DNA of 18,226 bases, from contig CAZNJA010000025.1 in NCBI GenBank assembly GCA_964573245.1, positions 1 through 18,226 on the forward strand, in the 5' to 3' direction. A program made the translations under genes and the position numbers. The notes under the pieces are model-generated. The model was not told the origin of the DNA and did not search any database. It saw nothing but the letters and a program-made list of their open reading frames with translations. Positions within the stretch are counted from its first letter, which is position 1; each line of letters opens with the position of its first letter. Positions 1 through 8,279 of this stretch are shown here, piece after piece. Source of the DNA: an uncultured bacterium. Its GTDB lineage: Bacteria; CAIJMQ01.

Positions 1-803
1 TTTAAATTAGCATGGGCTAACCCAAATTTCCACATTTGAAAAGCAATATCTTTAAGAATTTGTTCTTTTTGTTCTTCGCTATCAATACTATCTTCGCCGG
101 ATTGTCCTTCATTTAATAGAACATACTCAACTTTTCTCCATGGACCATCCTTGAAACTTTCTTTGTTTTTGTCATAGTATTCCCGAAGTTCTTCTTCGCT
201 TATTCTTATATCTTTTTGCAAATCCCCGGAATCTACCGAAATATATTCAATTTTCGCTTCAGTATTAGAGGTAAGAAAATACTGATAGATTTCTTCCTCG
301 GAGACCTCAACGGAAGAGGTAATTTCGTTTTTTAGTTTTTCAAGCATAATTTGGGTTCTGACGTTCTCTTCCAACAAATTTATTCTATCAGGATATCTAT
401 TACCGAATAAAATAAATGTTTTGCTGTCAAATTGACCTGATTCATCTTTGAAAAATTCTTTTATTCTCAAGACTACTTCATCATCTTCCGTCCTTATTTT
501 CCTTTTTTTGGCCTCTTCTGCAAGAAGACATTGCTGTATCAAACCGTCCAACACTTGTTTTTTTATGCGTTTCTCGTTATCGGCAGAATAAAAATTGCCG
601 AAAAGAGAAAGATATTGCTGTAACTCAATTTGGTATTCTCTGTAAGTTATGAGAGTTTTACCAACTTTGGCGATTATGTGAGGAATACCGCCTCTATCGG
701 AAATCCTTGACCAACCATACAAGAATATAAAAGCAGGTATAATAAGTATTAACGTCCCTACTAAAATCGCTTTAGTCTTTTTTCTTAAATATCTTAGAAG
801 CAT
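1..803 (-). CDS. PpiD/SurA N-terminal domain membrane-anchored periplasmic chaperone/peptidyl-prolyl isomerase (partial, runs off the left edge)
   Basis: Not in the ORF track. Manual translation from ATG at 803: MLLRYLRKKTKAILVGTLILIIPAFIFLYGW...IAKVGKTLITYREY...KKQVLDGLIQQCLLAEEAKKRKIRTEDDEV...SVEVSEEEIYQYF...ISEEELREYYDKNKESF. Single N-terminal TM helix plus SurA_N-type motifs; frame open to the window edge. Confidence 0.85.
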   Translation of the reverse strand, partial: MLLRYLRKKTKAILVGTLILIIPAFIFLYGWSRISDRGGIPHIIAKVGKTLITYREYQIELQQYLSLFGNFYSADNEKRIKKQVLDGLIQQCLLAEEAKKRKIRTEDDEVVLRIKEFFKDESGQFDSKTFILFGNRYPDRINLLEENVRTQIMLEKLKNEITSSVEVSEEEIYQYFLTSNTEAKIEYISVDSGDLQKDIRISEEELREYYDKNKESFKDGPWRKVEYVLLNEGQSGEDSIDSEEQKEQILKDIAFQMWKFGLAHANL

Positions 804-811
804 AGGGCAGG

Positions 812-840
812 ATTATATACCAGTTAAACTTTCTTTTCAA
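812..840 (-). promoter_or_regulatory. sigma70-type promoter for the ppiD-like gene (probably leaderless)
   Basis: Minus strand reads TTGAAA-N17-TATAAT-N8-ATG, with no Shine-Dalgarno sequence. Confidence 0.7.
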
Positions 841-881
841 AAAAAGTTCTTGTATAATTTCGAATTATAAGGATTCTATAT

Positions 882-1499
882 ATGTGGACATTAGTACAAA
901 AAGGCGGTTTTCTAATATGGCCATTGATGTTGTGTTCTTTATTGGCTCTGACCGTAATTATAGAACGAGCAATCAGTTTATCTCGGGCGCAGATAAATAA
1001 GAAAAGATTCATGAAACGAATAGCAGAAATGATTTCCCGCAACAGAATTATGGATGCGGTAAATTACTGCGAAAAATACCGCACGCCCCTTTCCCGTGTA
1101 ATAAAAGCAGGCCTTTTGAAACATAATCAAACAAGAGTTCACATCCAATCAAATATCGAAAAATCTATAAGAGAAGAAACTCCTTTTTTGGAAAGGTACC
1201 TTGGTATTCTTGCCACTATTACCTCTGTTACTCCGTTAATCGGTTTCTTGGGAACGGTTTCCGGCATGATAAAAGTCTTTATACGCGTGGAAGCATCATC
1301 CGGACTTATAAACCCTAAAATGTTATCAGGCGGTGTATGGGAAGCATTACTGACAACGGCTTTCGGATTGGCAATCGCTATTACTACTTTAGTTGCTTAT
1401 AATTTCTTTTTAAGCCGCTGTAAAACTTTAATAAGCGAAATTGAAGACGCAGGAGCAGAATTACTATCTTTATTAAAGGGAGAAGAATATGAGGTTTAA
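882..1499 (+). CDS. exbB: MotA/TolQ/ExbB proton channel family protein
   Basis: GG..WPL.LCS N-terminal TM; PLIGFLGTVSGMI and GVWEALLTTAFGL.IAI signature helices; directly followed by an ExbD-like gene. Confidence 0.9.
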   Translation: MWTLVQKGGFLIWPLMLCSLLALTVIIERAISLSRAQINKKRFMKRIAEMISRNRIMDAVNYCEKYRTPLSRVIKAGLLKHNQTRVHIQSNIEKSIREETPFLERYLGILATITSVTPLIGFLGTVSGMIKVFIRVEASSGLINPKMLSGGVWEALLTTAFGLAIAITTLVAYNFFLSRCKTLISEIEDAGAELLSLLKGEEYEV

Positions 1500-1932
1500 C
1501 GACGAAAACGGCAACCTTGTTTATTTTAGACGAAGAAGGACGGATAATTTGCAGTTGATATCAAGTTTGCAATTAACTCCCCTTGTGAATGTCGTTTTCC
1601 TTTTGCTACTGTTTTTCATTGTTTCTTCCGCTTTTGTTCAAAGGCACGGCGTAAAGGTAGACTTACCTGTTTCATCTTCTACCTGGGCAGAAGAAAGAGC
1701 AAAAATACATATAAGTTTGACTTATGATAACATCCTTTTTTTAAACGGACAAAGAATAGAGCGGGAACAATTTCCCCCCGCTTTAAACGAGGCAGCTCTA
1801 AAACTTCAAAATCCGATTTTGATGCTGAACGCGGACGAAAAAAGCGCACATGGGGAAATTATCAAAATAATGGATATAGCAAAACAAACGGGAATAAAAA
1901 GCATAATCATTTCAACACAACCACCAAAATGA
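1489..1932 (+). CDS. exbD: Biopolymer transporter ExbD/TolR family protein (TM Asp replaced by Asn)
   Basis: LTPLVNVVFLLLLFFIV TM, VDLP, and the LNADEKSAHGEIIKIMDIAKQTG periplasmic motif; overlaps the exbB stop. Confidence 0.88.
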   Translation: MRFNDENGNLVYFRRRRTDNLQLISSLQLTPLVNVVFLLLLFFIVSSAFVQRHGVKVDLPVSSSTWAEERAKIHISLTYDNILFLNGQRIEREQFPPALNEAALKLQNPILMLNADEKSAHGEIIKIMDIAKQTGIKSIIISTQPPK

Positions 1933-2825
1933 AAAAGCTAAAAGTAAAAACAAGAAATACAAAAAGCAAATTATTTAACACGATAGCTATTATAGGTGTC
2001 GGGTTAATCGGAGGCTCAATAGGATTAGCAGTCAAAAATAAAAAATTGGCTGATAAAGTCATAGGATTAGGCAGAAGCGAGCTTTCTTTAAAAAAAGCGT
2101 TAAAGAAGGGTGCTGTAGACGAAATCTCGATAGACAAAGCAAAAGTAAAAGACGCAGACCTTGTCATTCTTGCCACGCCCGTGGGACAAATAATCCCGCT
2201 TATTAAAGAAATACTCCCGCATCTAAAAAAGGGAACGCTCGTTACCGATGTCGGCAGCACAAAAAGAAAAATCATGTATGAGGTTGGGAAATTTCTCCCC
2301 AAAAATATAAACTTTATAGGCGGACATCCATTGGCAGGAAGCGAAAAAAGCGGAGTGGAATTTGCGGACAAAAATCTTTTTCAAAACTCTATATGTTTTT
2401 TAATTCCCGATAAAAAAAGGATAACGGAAAAATCTTTCGAAAAAACAAAAAAATTCTGGGAAAAATTGGGAGCCAAACTTATCAGCACATCAGCCGAAGA
2501 ACATGATTTTCTAGTGGCGGGAATATCTCACCTTCCACACATCGTATCTATTGCCTTAATAAATTCTGTATCCGATGTAAAATGTATGAAGAAGGACATT
2601 ACAGAATTCGCAGGACAGGGCTGGAAAGATACGACGCGCATATCGGCTGGCTCGCCGGAAGTCTGGCTGGATATACTTTCTTCCAACGCCGATAAACTTC
2701 TTGTGTTTATAAAACAATTTGATAAACAGTGGCAACAAATCAAAACGTCTCTGCAGAAAAAAAATTGGGAGGAGTTAATAAGTATTTTAAAGCAAGCGTG
2801 CAAAGAGAGTTCTATTTCTGACTAA
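1929..2825 (+). CDS. tyrA: Prephenate/arogenate dehydrogenase (TyrA family)
   Basis: GVGLIGGS Rossmann motif, ATPV, TDVGSTK, GGHPLAGSE, HD...ISHLPH, DTTRI; ATGA overlap with exbD. Confidence 0.93.
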   Translation: MKKLKVKTRNTKSKLFNTIAIIGVGLIGGSIGLAVKNKKLADKVIGLGRSELSLKKALKKGAVDEISIDKAKVKDADLVILATPVGQIIPLIKEILPHLKKGTLVTDVGSTKRKIMYEVGKFLPKNINFIGGHPLAGSEKSGVEFADKNLFQNSICFLIPDKKRITEKSFEKTKKFWEKLGAKLISTSAEEHDFLVAGISHLPHIVSIALINSVSDVKCMKKDITEFAGQGWKDTTRISAGSPEVWLDILSSNADKLLVFIKQFDKQWQQIKTSLQKKNWEELISILKQACKESSISD

Positions 2826-2856
2826 AAAAAATTTATTATCTTTCTTGCATAAGGTA

Positions 2857-2885
2857 TTGACAAATAAAAAACAGTGTGGTAAAAC
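2857..2885 (+). promoter_or_regulatory. Putative sigma70 promoter for the prepilin-like pair
   Basis: TTGACA-N17-TAAAAC with a TG extension; SD-like AAGGGGGTG before ATG 2944. Confidence 0.5.
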
Positions 2886-2943
2886 TAATAGCCAGTTAAA
2901 ATAAGGATGAAACAAGAGTTTATAAAAACAAGGGGGTGAAGAA

Positions 2944-3600
2944 ATGGTAGGGAACTTATTCAAGGGAAAAACCAAAGGTTTCACCTTAATAGAACTTTTG
3001 GTTGTTATTGCTATTATCGGGATTTTGGCTGCTATACTGATGCCTGCATTGCAAAGGGCAAGAGAGTCCGCAAGAAAAGCCGCTTGTGCTTCTAATCTTA
3101 AACAAATAGGTTTGGCAATAAATGTCTATTCACAAGATTGGAACGAAAACTTTCCCCAATCCCATGCAACAACTCCCAATACTGACAATGATTTTAGGTT
3201 ATTGATAAACAATGGGTTATATGCAGTCGCACCCGTTTTTTTCTGCCCAAGTGATAGAAACGGTTCCAAAAGTATGAAAGACAATACGTTCTTTTCATTA
3301 GAGGGATGGGCTAATTGTAGTCCTACCGATCCTTGTATTTCATACGCTTATGCTTTTGACCTTGACGCAATGGACTATTCTGATACAGCTATTGCGCTTG
3401 ACCAATATGGTAATTATGGTGCACAAACTTTCACTAACGAAAACAATAAAAACCATAAGAATCTTGGCATAAATGCACTCTATGTGGACTCACGTGTTGA
3501 ATGGATAACACTTGACCCTGCTTTCGTTGAGGTGGCAGATAAGATCCCGAATTGGAATAATAATCCGGGTGACCGAGGTTCTTTGTATAATCCACATTAA
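2944..3600 (+). CDS. Prepilin-type N-terminal cleavage/methylation protein, DUF1559-like
   Basis: [34 protein letters not shown]...C.SNLKQIG, FCPSD, SY, and C-terminal NH...[11 protein letters not shown] (H-X9-DG-like). Confidence 0.92.
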   Translation: MVGNLFKGKTKGFTLIELLVVIAIIGILAAILMPALQRARESARKAACASNLKQIGLAINVYSQDWNENFPQSHATTPNTDNDFRLLINNGLYAVAPVFFCPSDRNGSKSMKDNTFFSLEGWANCSPTDPCISYAYAFDLDAMDYSDTAIALDQYGNYGAQTFTNENNKNHKNLGINALYVDSRVEWITLDPAFVEVADKIPNWNNNPGDRGSLYNPH

Positions 3601-3668
3601 CCACATCGTGTTCATAACATGTTACGATGCTTAAAAATGAAAAGTGTAAAAATAGGGGAGGTGAAAAA

Positions 3669-4541
3669 ATGAGAAAGCCGATGAGACATTTTTTAAAAGG
3701 ATTTACTCTTATAGAACTTCTAGTCGTTATAGCCATTATAGGGATATTGGCTGCTTTACTTATGCCTGCTTTAAATAGAGCAAGAGAATCTGCAAGACGC
3801 GCTACCTGTAAGTCAAATCTTGAACAGATAGGCAGAAGTATGTTTATGTATGCAGAGGACTGGAAAAACTTTTTCCCACGGTCACGAGATAATGCTTATA
3901 CTGTTAGAGATTATCAGTTATTTGTGAATCTAAGTGCGGGTAGATGGCATTGGGGTGGGACACAATTTGCTATGGTAGAGGCAAAATATGGAACCGGCGC
4001 AATGTTGTTTTGCCCAAGTGATAGAACCGCGCGAAAAGATGATAATAATGTACTTAATGGCAACGGACTAAGTTCTCCTTTAGGTTCAAGTCTTCCATAC
4101 ACCGCTACAAATAAACGCGAAGTTTCATATGCTTATGCTTATAACATGACACCGATGTACATATTCCCCAAAACAAATGGGGGCCTGGGTGCATTCGGCA
4201 CTAAGACTACTACACATCAACAAACAAATCCTGCCCTTCCTCTTTTTACAAATAACGATTTGAATGGAACTACGTCGGTTTTAGCAGTTGATATATCCGG
4301 GAATGTAAGCACCGCTGCAGCTACTCCCAGCCACTGGGAATGGAATCTAGACAATGCCACTTTAAAGAATCACGGAACCGCAGGAGTCAATATACTCAAA
4401 GCTGACGGTCATGTGATATGGTCCGATTTAACTTGGGGAGATGCTTGGGATTTTGTCCGCGATACAGAAAGTGCAGCAGTACAGATTCCCAATCACCTTA
4501 TTACCAATGATATATATCGTGGTTTTTTGGCAAACCCATAA
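3669..4541 (+). CDS. Prepilin-type N-terminal cleavage/methylation protein, DUF1559-like (paralogue)
   Basis: [59 protein letters not shown]. Start moved from 3627 to ATG 3669, which follows GGGGAGGTG. Confidence 0.92.
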   Translation: MRKPMRHFLKGFTLIELLVVIAIIGILAALLMPALNRARESARRATCKSNLEQIGRSMFMYAEDWKNFFPRSRDNAYTVRDYQLFVNLSAGRWHWGGTQFAMVEAKYGTGAMLFCPSDRTARKDDNNVLNGNGLSSPLGSSLPYTATNKREVSYAYAYNMTPMYIFPKTNGGLGAFGTKTTTHQQTNPALPLFTNNDLNGTTSVLAVDISGNVSTAAATPSHWEWNLDNATLKNHGTAGVNILKADGHVIWSDLTWGDAWDFVRDTESAAVQIPNHLITNDIYRGFLANP

Positions 4542-4558
4542 ATTAACAAGAATTCATG

Positions 4559-4591
4559 TCCCTCCTGTTTTTTAAACAGGAGGGATTTTTT
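4559..4591 (+). terminator. Rho-independent terminator after the prepilin-like pair
   Basis: TCCCTCCTGTTT / AAACAGGAGGGA perfect 12-bp stem followed by T6. Confidence 0.88.
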
Positions 4592-4639
4592 ATAAAAGCC
4601 TAATTTGATTTTGGTGGACAAGAACCTGTATAAATAAAT

Positions 4640-4720
4640 TTTACTAAAAATCAAAATCTGTGTTATAATGGAAGCAGTGCGAAAGGTAACTTGAAAGAAT
4701 CAATTCTAACAAAAGGAGGT
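4640..4720 (+). promoter_or_regulatory. Promoter (extended -10) and strong RBS for the MC1 gene
   Basis: TTTACT-N18-TATAAT with TGn extension (TGTTATAAT, 4661-4669); AAGGAGGT at 4713-4720. Confidence 0.65.
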
Positions 4721-4724
4721 TAAG

Positions 4725-5021
4725 ATGGCTGAAGCCAAAGTTTATTCTTTAAGGATAGGCAAGAAGGAAGAAAATGTTTTCAAGAGTAAAGGCGCGCGCG
4801 GAGCAGCTTTAAAAGCGGCTACACGTGGCTTGAAGGATAAAGACGGTCTTATAAAATTAAGAGAACATGGCAAGAAAAAAGACGGTCTTTATCGCGTCCA
4901 TGTTTTTAAAGGTTCTGTGCGGAAAGTTGCTAAACCCGCAAACGCTCCCGACTGGATGCCTGCTATGATTAACAAACCAAAAGTCAGCAAAGTGAGAGTA
5001 GAAAAATTAAAAGGAATATAA
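4725..5021 (+). CDS. Non-histone chromosomal protein MC1 family
   Basis: 98-aa basic protein carrying the MC1 motifs in order: Y/F-x-LR, VF...R.AALKAA.RG, I.LREHG, VHVFKG, P.N.P.WMP..I.KP.V.K...EKL (compare Methanosarcina MC1 AALKAANRG, IRLRERGTKKVHVF, PAWMPEKISKPFVKK). Confidence 0.9.
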   Translation: MAEAKVYSLRIGKKEENVFKSKGARGAALKAATRGLKDKDGLIKLREHGKKKDGLYRVHVFKGSVRKVAKPANAPDWMPAMINKPKVSKVRVEKLKGI

Positions 5022-5042
5022 GATCTTTCTTAAATCTTCAAT

Positions 5043-5081
5043 AAAAAAAGAGATGGTTTTGACAACTGTCTCTTTTTTTTT
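5043..5081 (+). terminator. Rho-independent (possibly bidirectional) terminator after MC1
   Basis: A7-GAGATGGTT-loop-AACTGTCTC-T9; stem includes G:U pairs. Confidence 0.8.
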
Positions 5082-5098
5082 GCGATTTTTTTGTTAAA

Positions 5099-5127
5099 TT
5101 GCAATGGTTTATAAAATGTAGTAATAT
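5099..5127 (+). promoter_or_regulatory. Putative sigma70 promoter for aroA'-aroB'
   Basis: TTGCAA-N17-TAATAT; AGGAGG RBS at 5211-5216. The AT-rich context lowers specificity. Confidence 0.4.
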
Positions 5128-5224
5128 TTCAACAATAAATACATAAAAAATAGCATGGCAATAAACAAATGTAAACATAGAAACAATTTGCTTATATGTA
5201 TTACTATTTTAGGAGGAAATTACG

Positions 5225-6019
5225 ATGATAGGTAAACTTATTAGGCTTGAAAGAATTATGGACAGAAACTCTGGCAAAACCGTTATTTTACCTATGGACC
5301 ACGGTCTTACCATGGGTCCTATAGAAGGTCTTGTCAATATGAAAAAAATCATTGACGAAGCAGTAAAAGGCGGCGCTAATGCTGTTATTCTGCATAAAGG
5401 AATAGTCAGAGCCGGACATAGAAGTTCTGGACAGGACATAGGGCTTATTATCCATCTCACGGGAAGCACTTCTTTAAGCCCTTCGCCGAACGCCAAAGTT
5501 GATATATGCTCTGTCGAAGAAGCCATAAAACTGGGTGCAGACGCCGTCTCCGTTCATGTTAATTTGGGCGACCCTGCCGATGGCGCAATGCTTAGACATT
5601 TCGGAGAAGTATCGAGAAAGTGTCAGCAGTGGGGGATGCCTTTGCTTGCCATGATGTACACCCGCGGCGATAAAATAAAAAATCAATTCGACGTCCAATA
5701 TATAAAACACGCCGCAAGAGTAGGAGCGGAACTCGGTGCGGATATTGTGAAAGTAAATTACACAGGAAATCCTAAAACTTTTGAAGAAGTGGTAAAGGGT
5801 TGTCCTGTTCCCGTAGTTATTGCAGGCGGAGAAAAGTTGGAAACAGAGGCAGACTTATGGAAAATGATACAAGGAGCGCTTTCTGCCGGAGCCGCAGGCG
5901 TTTCAATAGGAAGAAATATTTTTCAGCATAAGAAACCGAGTCTACTCATAAAAACAATAGGTAAAATCGTGCATGAAAACCTTCCTATAAAAGAAGCGGT
6001 AAAAATAATGAAAAAATGA
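5225..6019 (+). CDS. aroA': 2-amino-3,7-dideoxy-D-threo-hept-6-ulosonate synthase (DhnA-type class I aldolase family)
   Basis: GKLIRLERI, PMDHG..GPI.GL, HKG, DAVSVHVN.G, WGMPLLAMMY.RG, HAARVGAELGADIVKVNY, PVVIAGG, GRNIFQ; coupled to DHQ synthase II. Confidence 0.92.
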   Translation: MIGKLIRLERIMDRNSGKTVILPMDHGLTMGPIEGLVNMKKIIDEAVKGGANAVILHKGIVRAGHRSSGQDIGLIIHLTGSTSLSPSPNAKVDICSVEEAIKLGADAVSVHVNLGDPADGAMLRHFGEVSRKCQQWGMPLLAMMYTRGDKIKNQFDVQYIKHAARVGAELGADIVKVNYTGNPKTFEEVVKGCPVPVVIAGGEKLETEADLWKMIQGALSAGAAGVSIGRNIFQHKKPSLLIKTIGKIVHENLPIKEAVKIMKK

Positions 6020-7023
6020 AAAAACTGTGGATTAAGGCCATACCCTGGAAAAAAGAAGTCGTCACGACAGCTCTGGAAAGCGGAGCGGATGCTGTATGGG
6101 TAGAAGAAGGTTTTAGCGAAAAAGTGAAACAGCTCGGCAAAATTACCACTATTGCCAAAGACGGAGATATTAAGATAGATGAAGATGTAATCTATGTGCA
6201 AATCCGAAGTAAAGAAGACGAAAAGAAAGCGCTGAAATTAAGCAAATCAAAGACAGTTATATTGTCAACACCCGATTGGAGTATTATTCCGCTTGAAAAT
6301 CTTATTGCACAAACAAAAGGGATAATAGCTGAAGTGAATAGTTTCGATAAAGCAAAAACAGCGCTTCAAATATTAGAAAAAGGTGTGGACGGTGTTTTGC
6401 TTAATACCGACAATTTAAACGAAGTTAAAAAAACCGCCAATCTTATTAAAAATATCTCTGAAAAACTAAGTTTAGTTACAACCAGAGTTATTAACATTAA
6501 AGGTTTAGGAATGGGCGATAGAGTATGTGTTGATACTTGTTCCAAAATGAAGCTCGGCGAAGGAATGCTTATAGGTAGTGGTAGCACGGCTATGTTCCTC
6601 GTCCATTCAGAAACCATTGAGAATCCTTACGTAGAAACCCGCCCTTTTAGAGTTAATGCCGGCGGATTGCATGCTTATACGCTTTTGCCTGAAGGCAAAA
6701 CAAAATATCTTTCTGAGCTAAAAAGCGGCGATGAAGTGCTTATAGTTAATTCCAAAGGTGATACCCAAGTTGCCATAGTAGGTAGGGTAAAGATAGAGAG
6801 ACGTCCTATGATGTTGGTTGAGGCAGAAGTAGGGAAAGGAAGAGTTTCTCTCATATTGCAAAATGCCGAAACAGTTAATCTCACTCAACCTGATAATTCC
6901 CCAATTTCAGTGGTTTCTCTTAAAAAAGGTTCCGAAGTTCTTGCTTATGTATCTGATTTAACTTCAGAATATACAGGCAGACATTTTGGAACAAAAATAG
7001 AAGAAACTATTGAAGAGAAATAA
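6016..7023 (+). CDS. aroB': 3-dehydroquinate synthase II (oxidative deaminating)
   Basis: DW.IIPLENLIA, LEKGVDGV, GDRVCVDTC, GEGMLIGS, RPFRVNAG, YLSELKSGDEV, VGRVKIERRP, LQNAETV, GRHFG..IEE.I.EK. Confidence 0.95.
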   Translation: MKKLWIKAIPWKKEVVTTALESGADAVWVEEGFSEKVKQLGKITTIAKDGDIKIDEDVIYVQIRSKEDEKKALKLSKSKTVILSTPDWSIIPLENLIAQTKGIIAEVNSFDKAKTALQILEKGVDGVLLNTDNLNEVKKTANLIKNISEKLSLVTTRVINIKGLGMGDRVCVDTCSKMKLGEGMLIGSGSTAMFLVHSETIENPYVETRPFRVNAGGLHAYTLLPEGKTKYLSELKSGDEVLIVNSKGDTQVAIVGRVKIERRPMMLVEAEVGKGRVSLILQNAETVNLTQPDNSPISVVSLKKGSEVLAYVSDLTSEYTGRHFGTKIEETIEEK

Positions 7024-7064
7024 ATATTAAGTACAGTTTAATATATAATTTTATATTTGTATTT

Positions 7065-7101
7065 TAATCTGTGTAATCTACATTTAATAATCGGTGTAAT
7101 C
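7065..7101. repeat. Direct repeat TAATC(T/G)GTGTAATC, two copies
   Basis: 7065-7078 TAATCTGTGTAATC and 7088-7101 TAATCGGTGTAATC (13/14 identical). Confidence 0.75.
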
Positions 7102-7118
7102 ATGTATCTCTCCAAAAT

Positions 7119-8267
7119 ATGAAAAACAAAATTATAATGCTCATTGCAGGCGAGCCTTCGGGAGATATGCATGGAGCAAATCTTATGCACGATTTAAGAA
7201 AACTGGACGATTCGCTGAATTTCATAGGAGCAGGCGGGAAATTAATGAAACAGCAGGGGCTCAAGGGTATAACAGACATGGATAAGCTTGCAGTCGTCGG
7301 CTTTAAAGAAGTTCTGGGAAAATTATCTTCTTTAAAACAAACCTTTCGCAATCTATCTGAAATAATCGAAAAAGACAGACCTAACTGTTTAATATTAATA
7401 GATTATCCTGGCTTTAACTTAAGAATGGCAAAAGTTGCAAAGCAAAAAAACATTCCTGTTTTCTATTATATATCTCCCCAAGTCTGGGCTTGGGGCAAAA
7501 ACAGAATTAGACAAATTCAAAAATATGTAGATAAACTCTTTGTCATTTTACCTTTCGAACAAGAATTTTACTGCAAATATCAAGTAAAATCGGAATTTTT
7601 TGGACACCCCTTGCTTGACATAGTCAAACCAAATTTAAGCAAGGATGACTCTTTACGTCATTTTAACTTCAATTCCAAAGAAATATTAATAGGCATTTTA
7701 CCAGGCAGCAGGTGGAAAGAAATAAAACTATCTTTGCCAATTATGATAAACGCCTGCGAAATAATTTCCAAAGAAATACCCAACATCCAGTTTGGTATTT
7801 TAGTTTCCGAAAACACAGACATAAAAAAAATCCAATATTTACTACAAAAGAAAAAACAGAAATTCAAATTGATTAAAGACAAGAATTATGATTTTATGAA
7901 CATATGCGATTTACTATTGGTCAACTCAGGCACCTCAACTTTGGAAATTGCTATTCTCGAAAAACCCATGATAATTATTTACAAATTATCTTTAATATCA
8001 TGGCTAGTAATAAAAATGCTTATAAAAATACCCTATATCGGTTTAGCCAATATTGTGGCGGGGAAAAAAATTGTGCCTGAATTCTTACAATTCGGAGCAA
8101 CTGCTCCTCAAATAGCAAAAGAAAGCCTAAACATATTAGCAAATGAAAACAGAATAAGAACAACAAAAAAAGAACTCTCCGAAGTAAAAATCAAACTCGG
8201 CGAGCCGGGTGCTTCACAGAAAACCGCAAAGGCAATATTGGAAGAACTGAATAAAATTCCAAAATAG
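7119..8267 (+). CDS. lpxB: Lipid-A-disaccharide synthase
   Basis: IAGEPSGD.HGA, IDYPGFNLR, YYISPQVWAW, ILPFE, GHPLLD, LPGSR..EI, SGTSTLE, GLANIVAG...VPE.LQ. Confidence 0.96.
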   Translation: MKNKIIMLIAGEPSGDMHGANLMHDLRKLDDSLNFIGAGGKLMKQQGLKGITDMDKLAVVGFKEVLGKLSSLKQTFRNLSEIIEKDRPNCLILIDYPGFNLRMAKVAKQKNIPVFYYISPQVWAWGKNRIRQIQKYVDKLFVILPFEQEFYCKYQVKSEFFGHPLLDIVKPNLSKDDSLRHFNFNSKEILIGILPGSRWKEIKLSLPIMINACEIISKEIPNIQFGILVSENTDIKKIQYLLQKKKQKFKLIKDKNYDFMNICDLLLVNSGTSTLEIAILEKPMIIIYKLSLISWLVIKMLIKIPYIGLANIVAGKKIVPEFLQFGATAPQIAKESLNILANENRIRTTKKELSEVKIKLGEPGASQKTAKAILEELNKIPK

Positions 8268-8279
8268 GATACTAGATTC

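Noticed and set aside
882-1932. Flagellar stator motAB or tolQR of a Tol-Pal operon
   Set aside because: The second gene lacks the OmpA-like domain of MotB, and no tolA/tolB/pal follows.
3627-3668. Longer N-terminus for the second prepilin-like gene
   Set aside because: A strong SD lies inside this stretch just before ATG 3669, which gives a typical short basic prepilin leader.
5225-6019. Glycolytic class I fructose-bisphosphate aldolase
   Set aside because: Same family, but coupling to DHQ synthase II favours ADH synthase; a dual role cannot be excluded.
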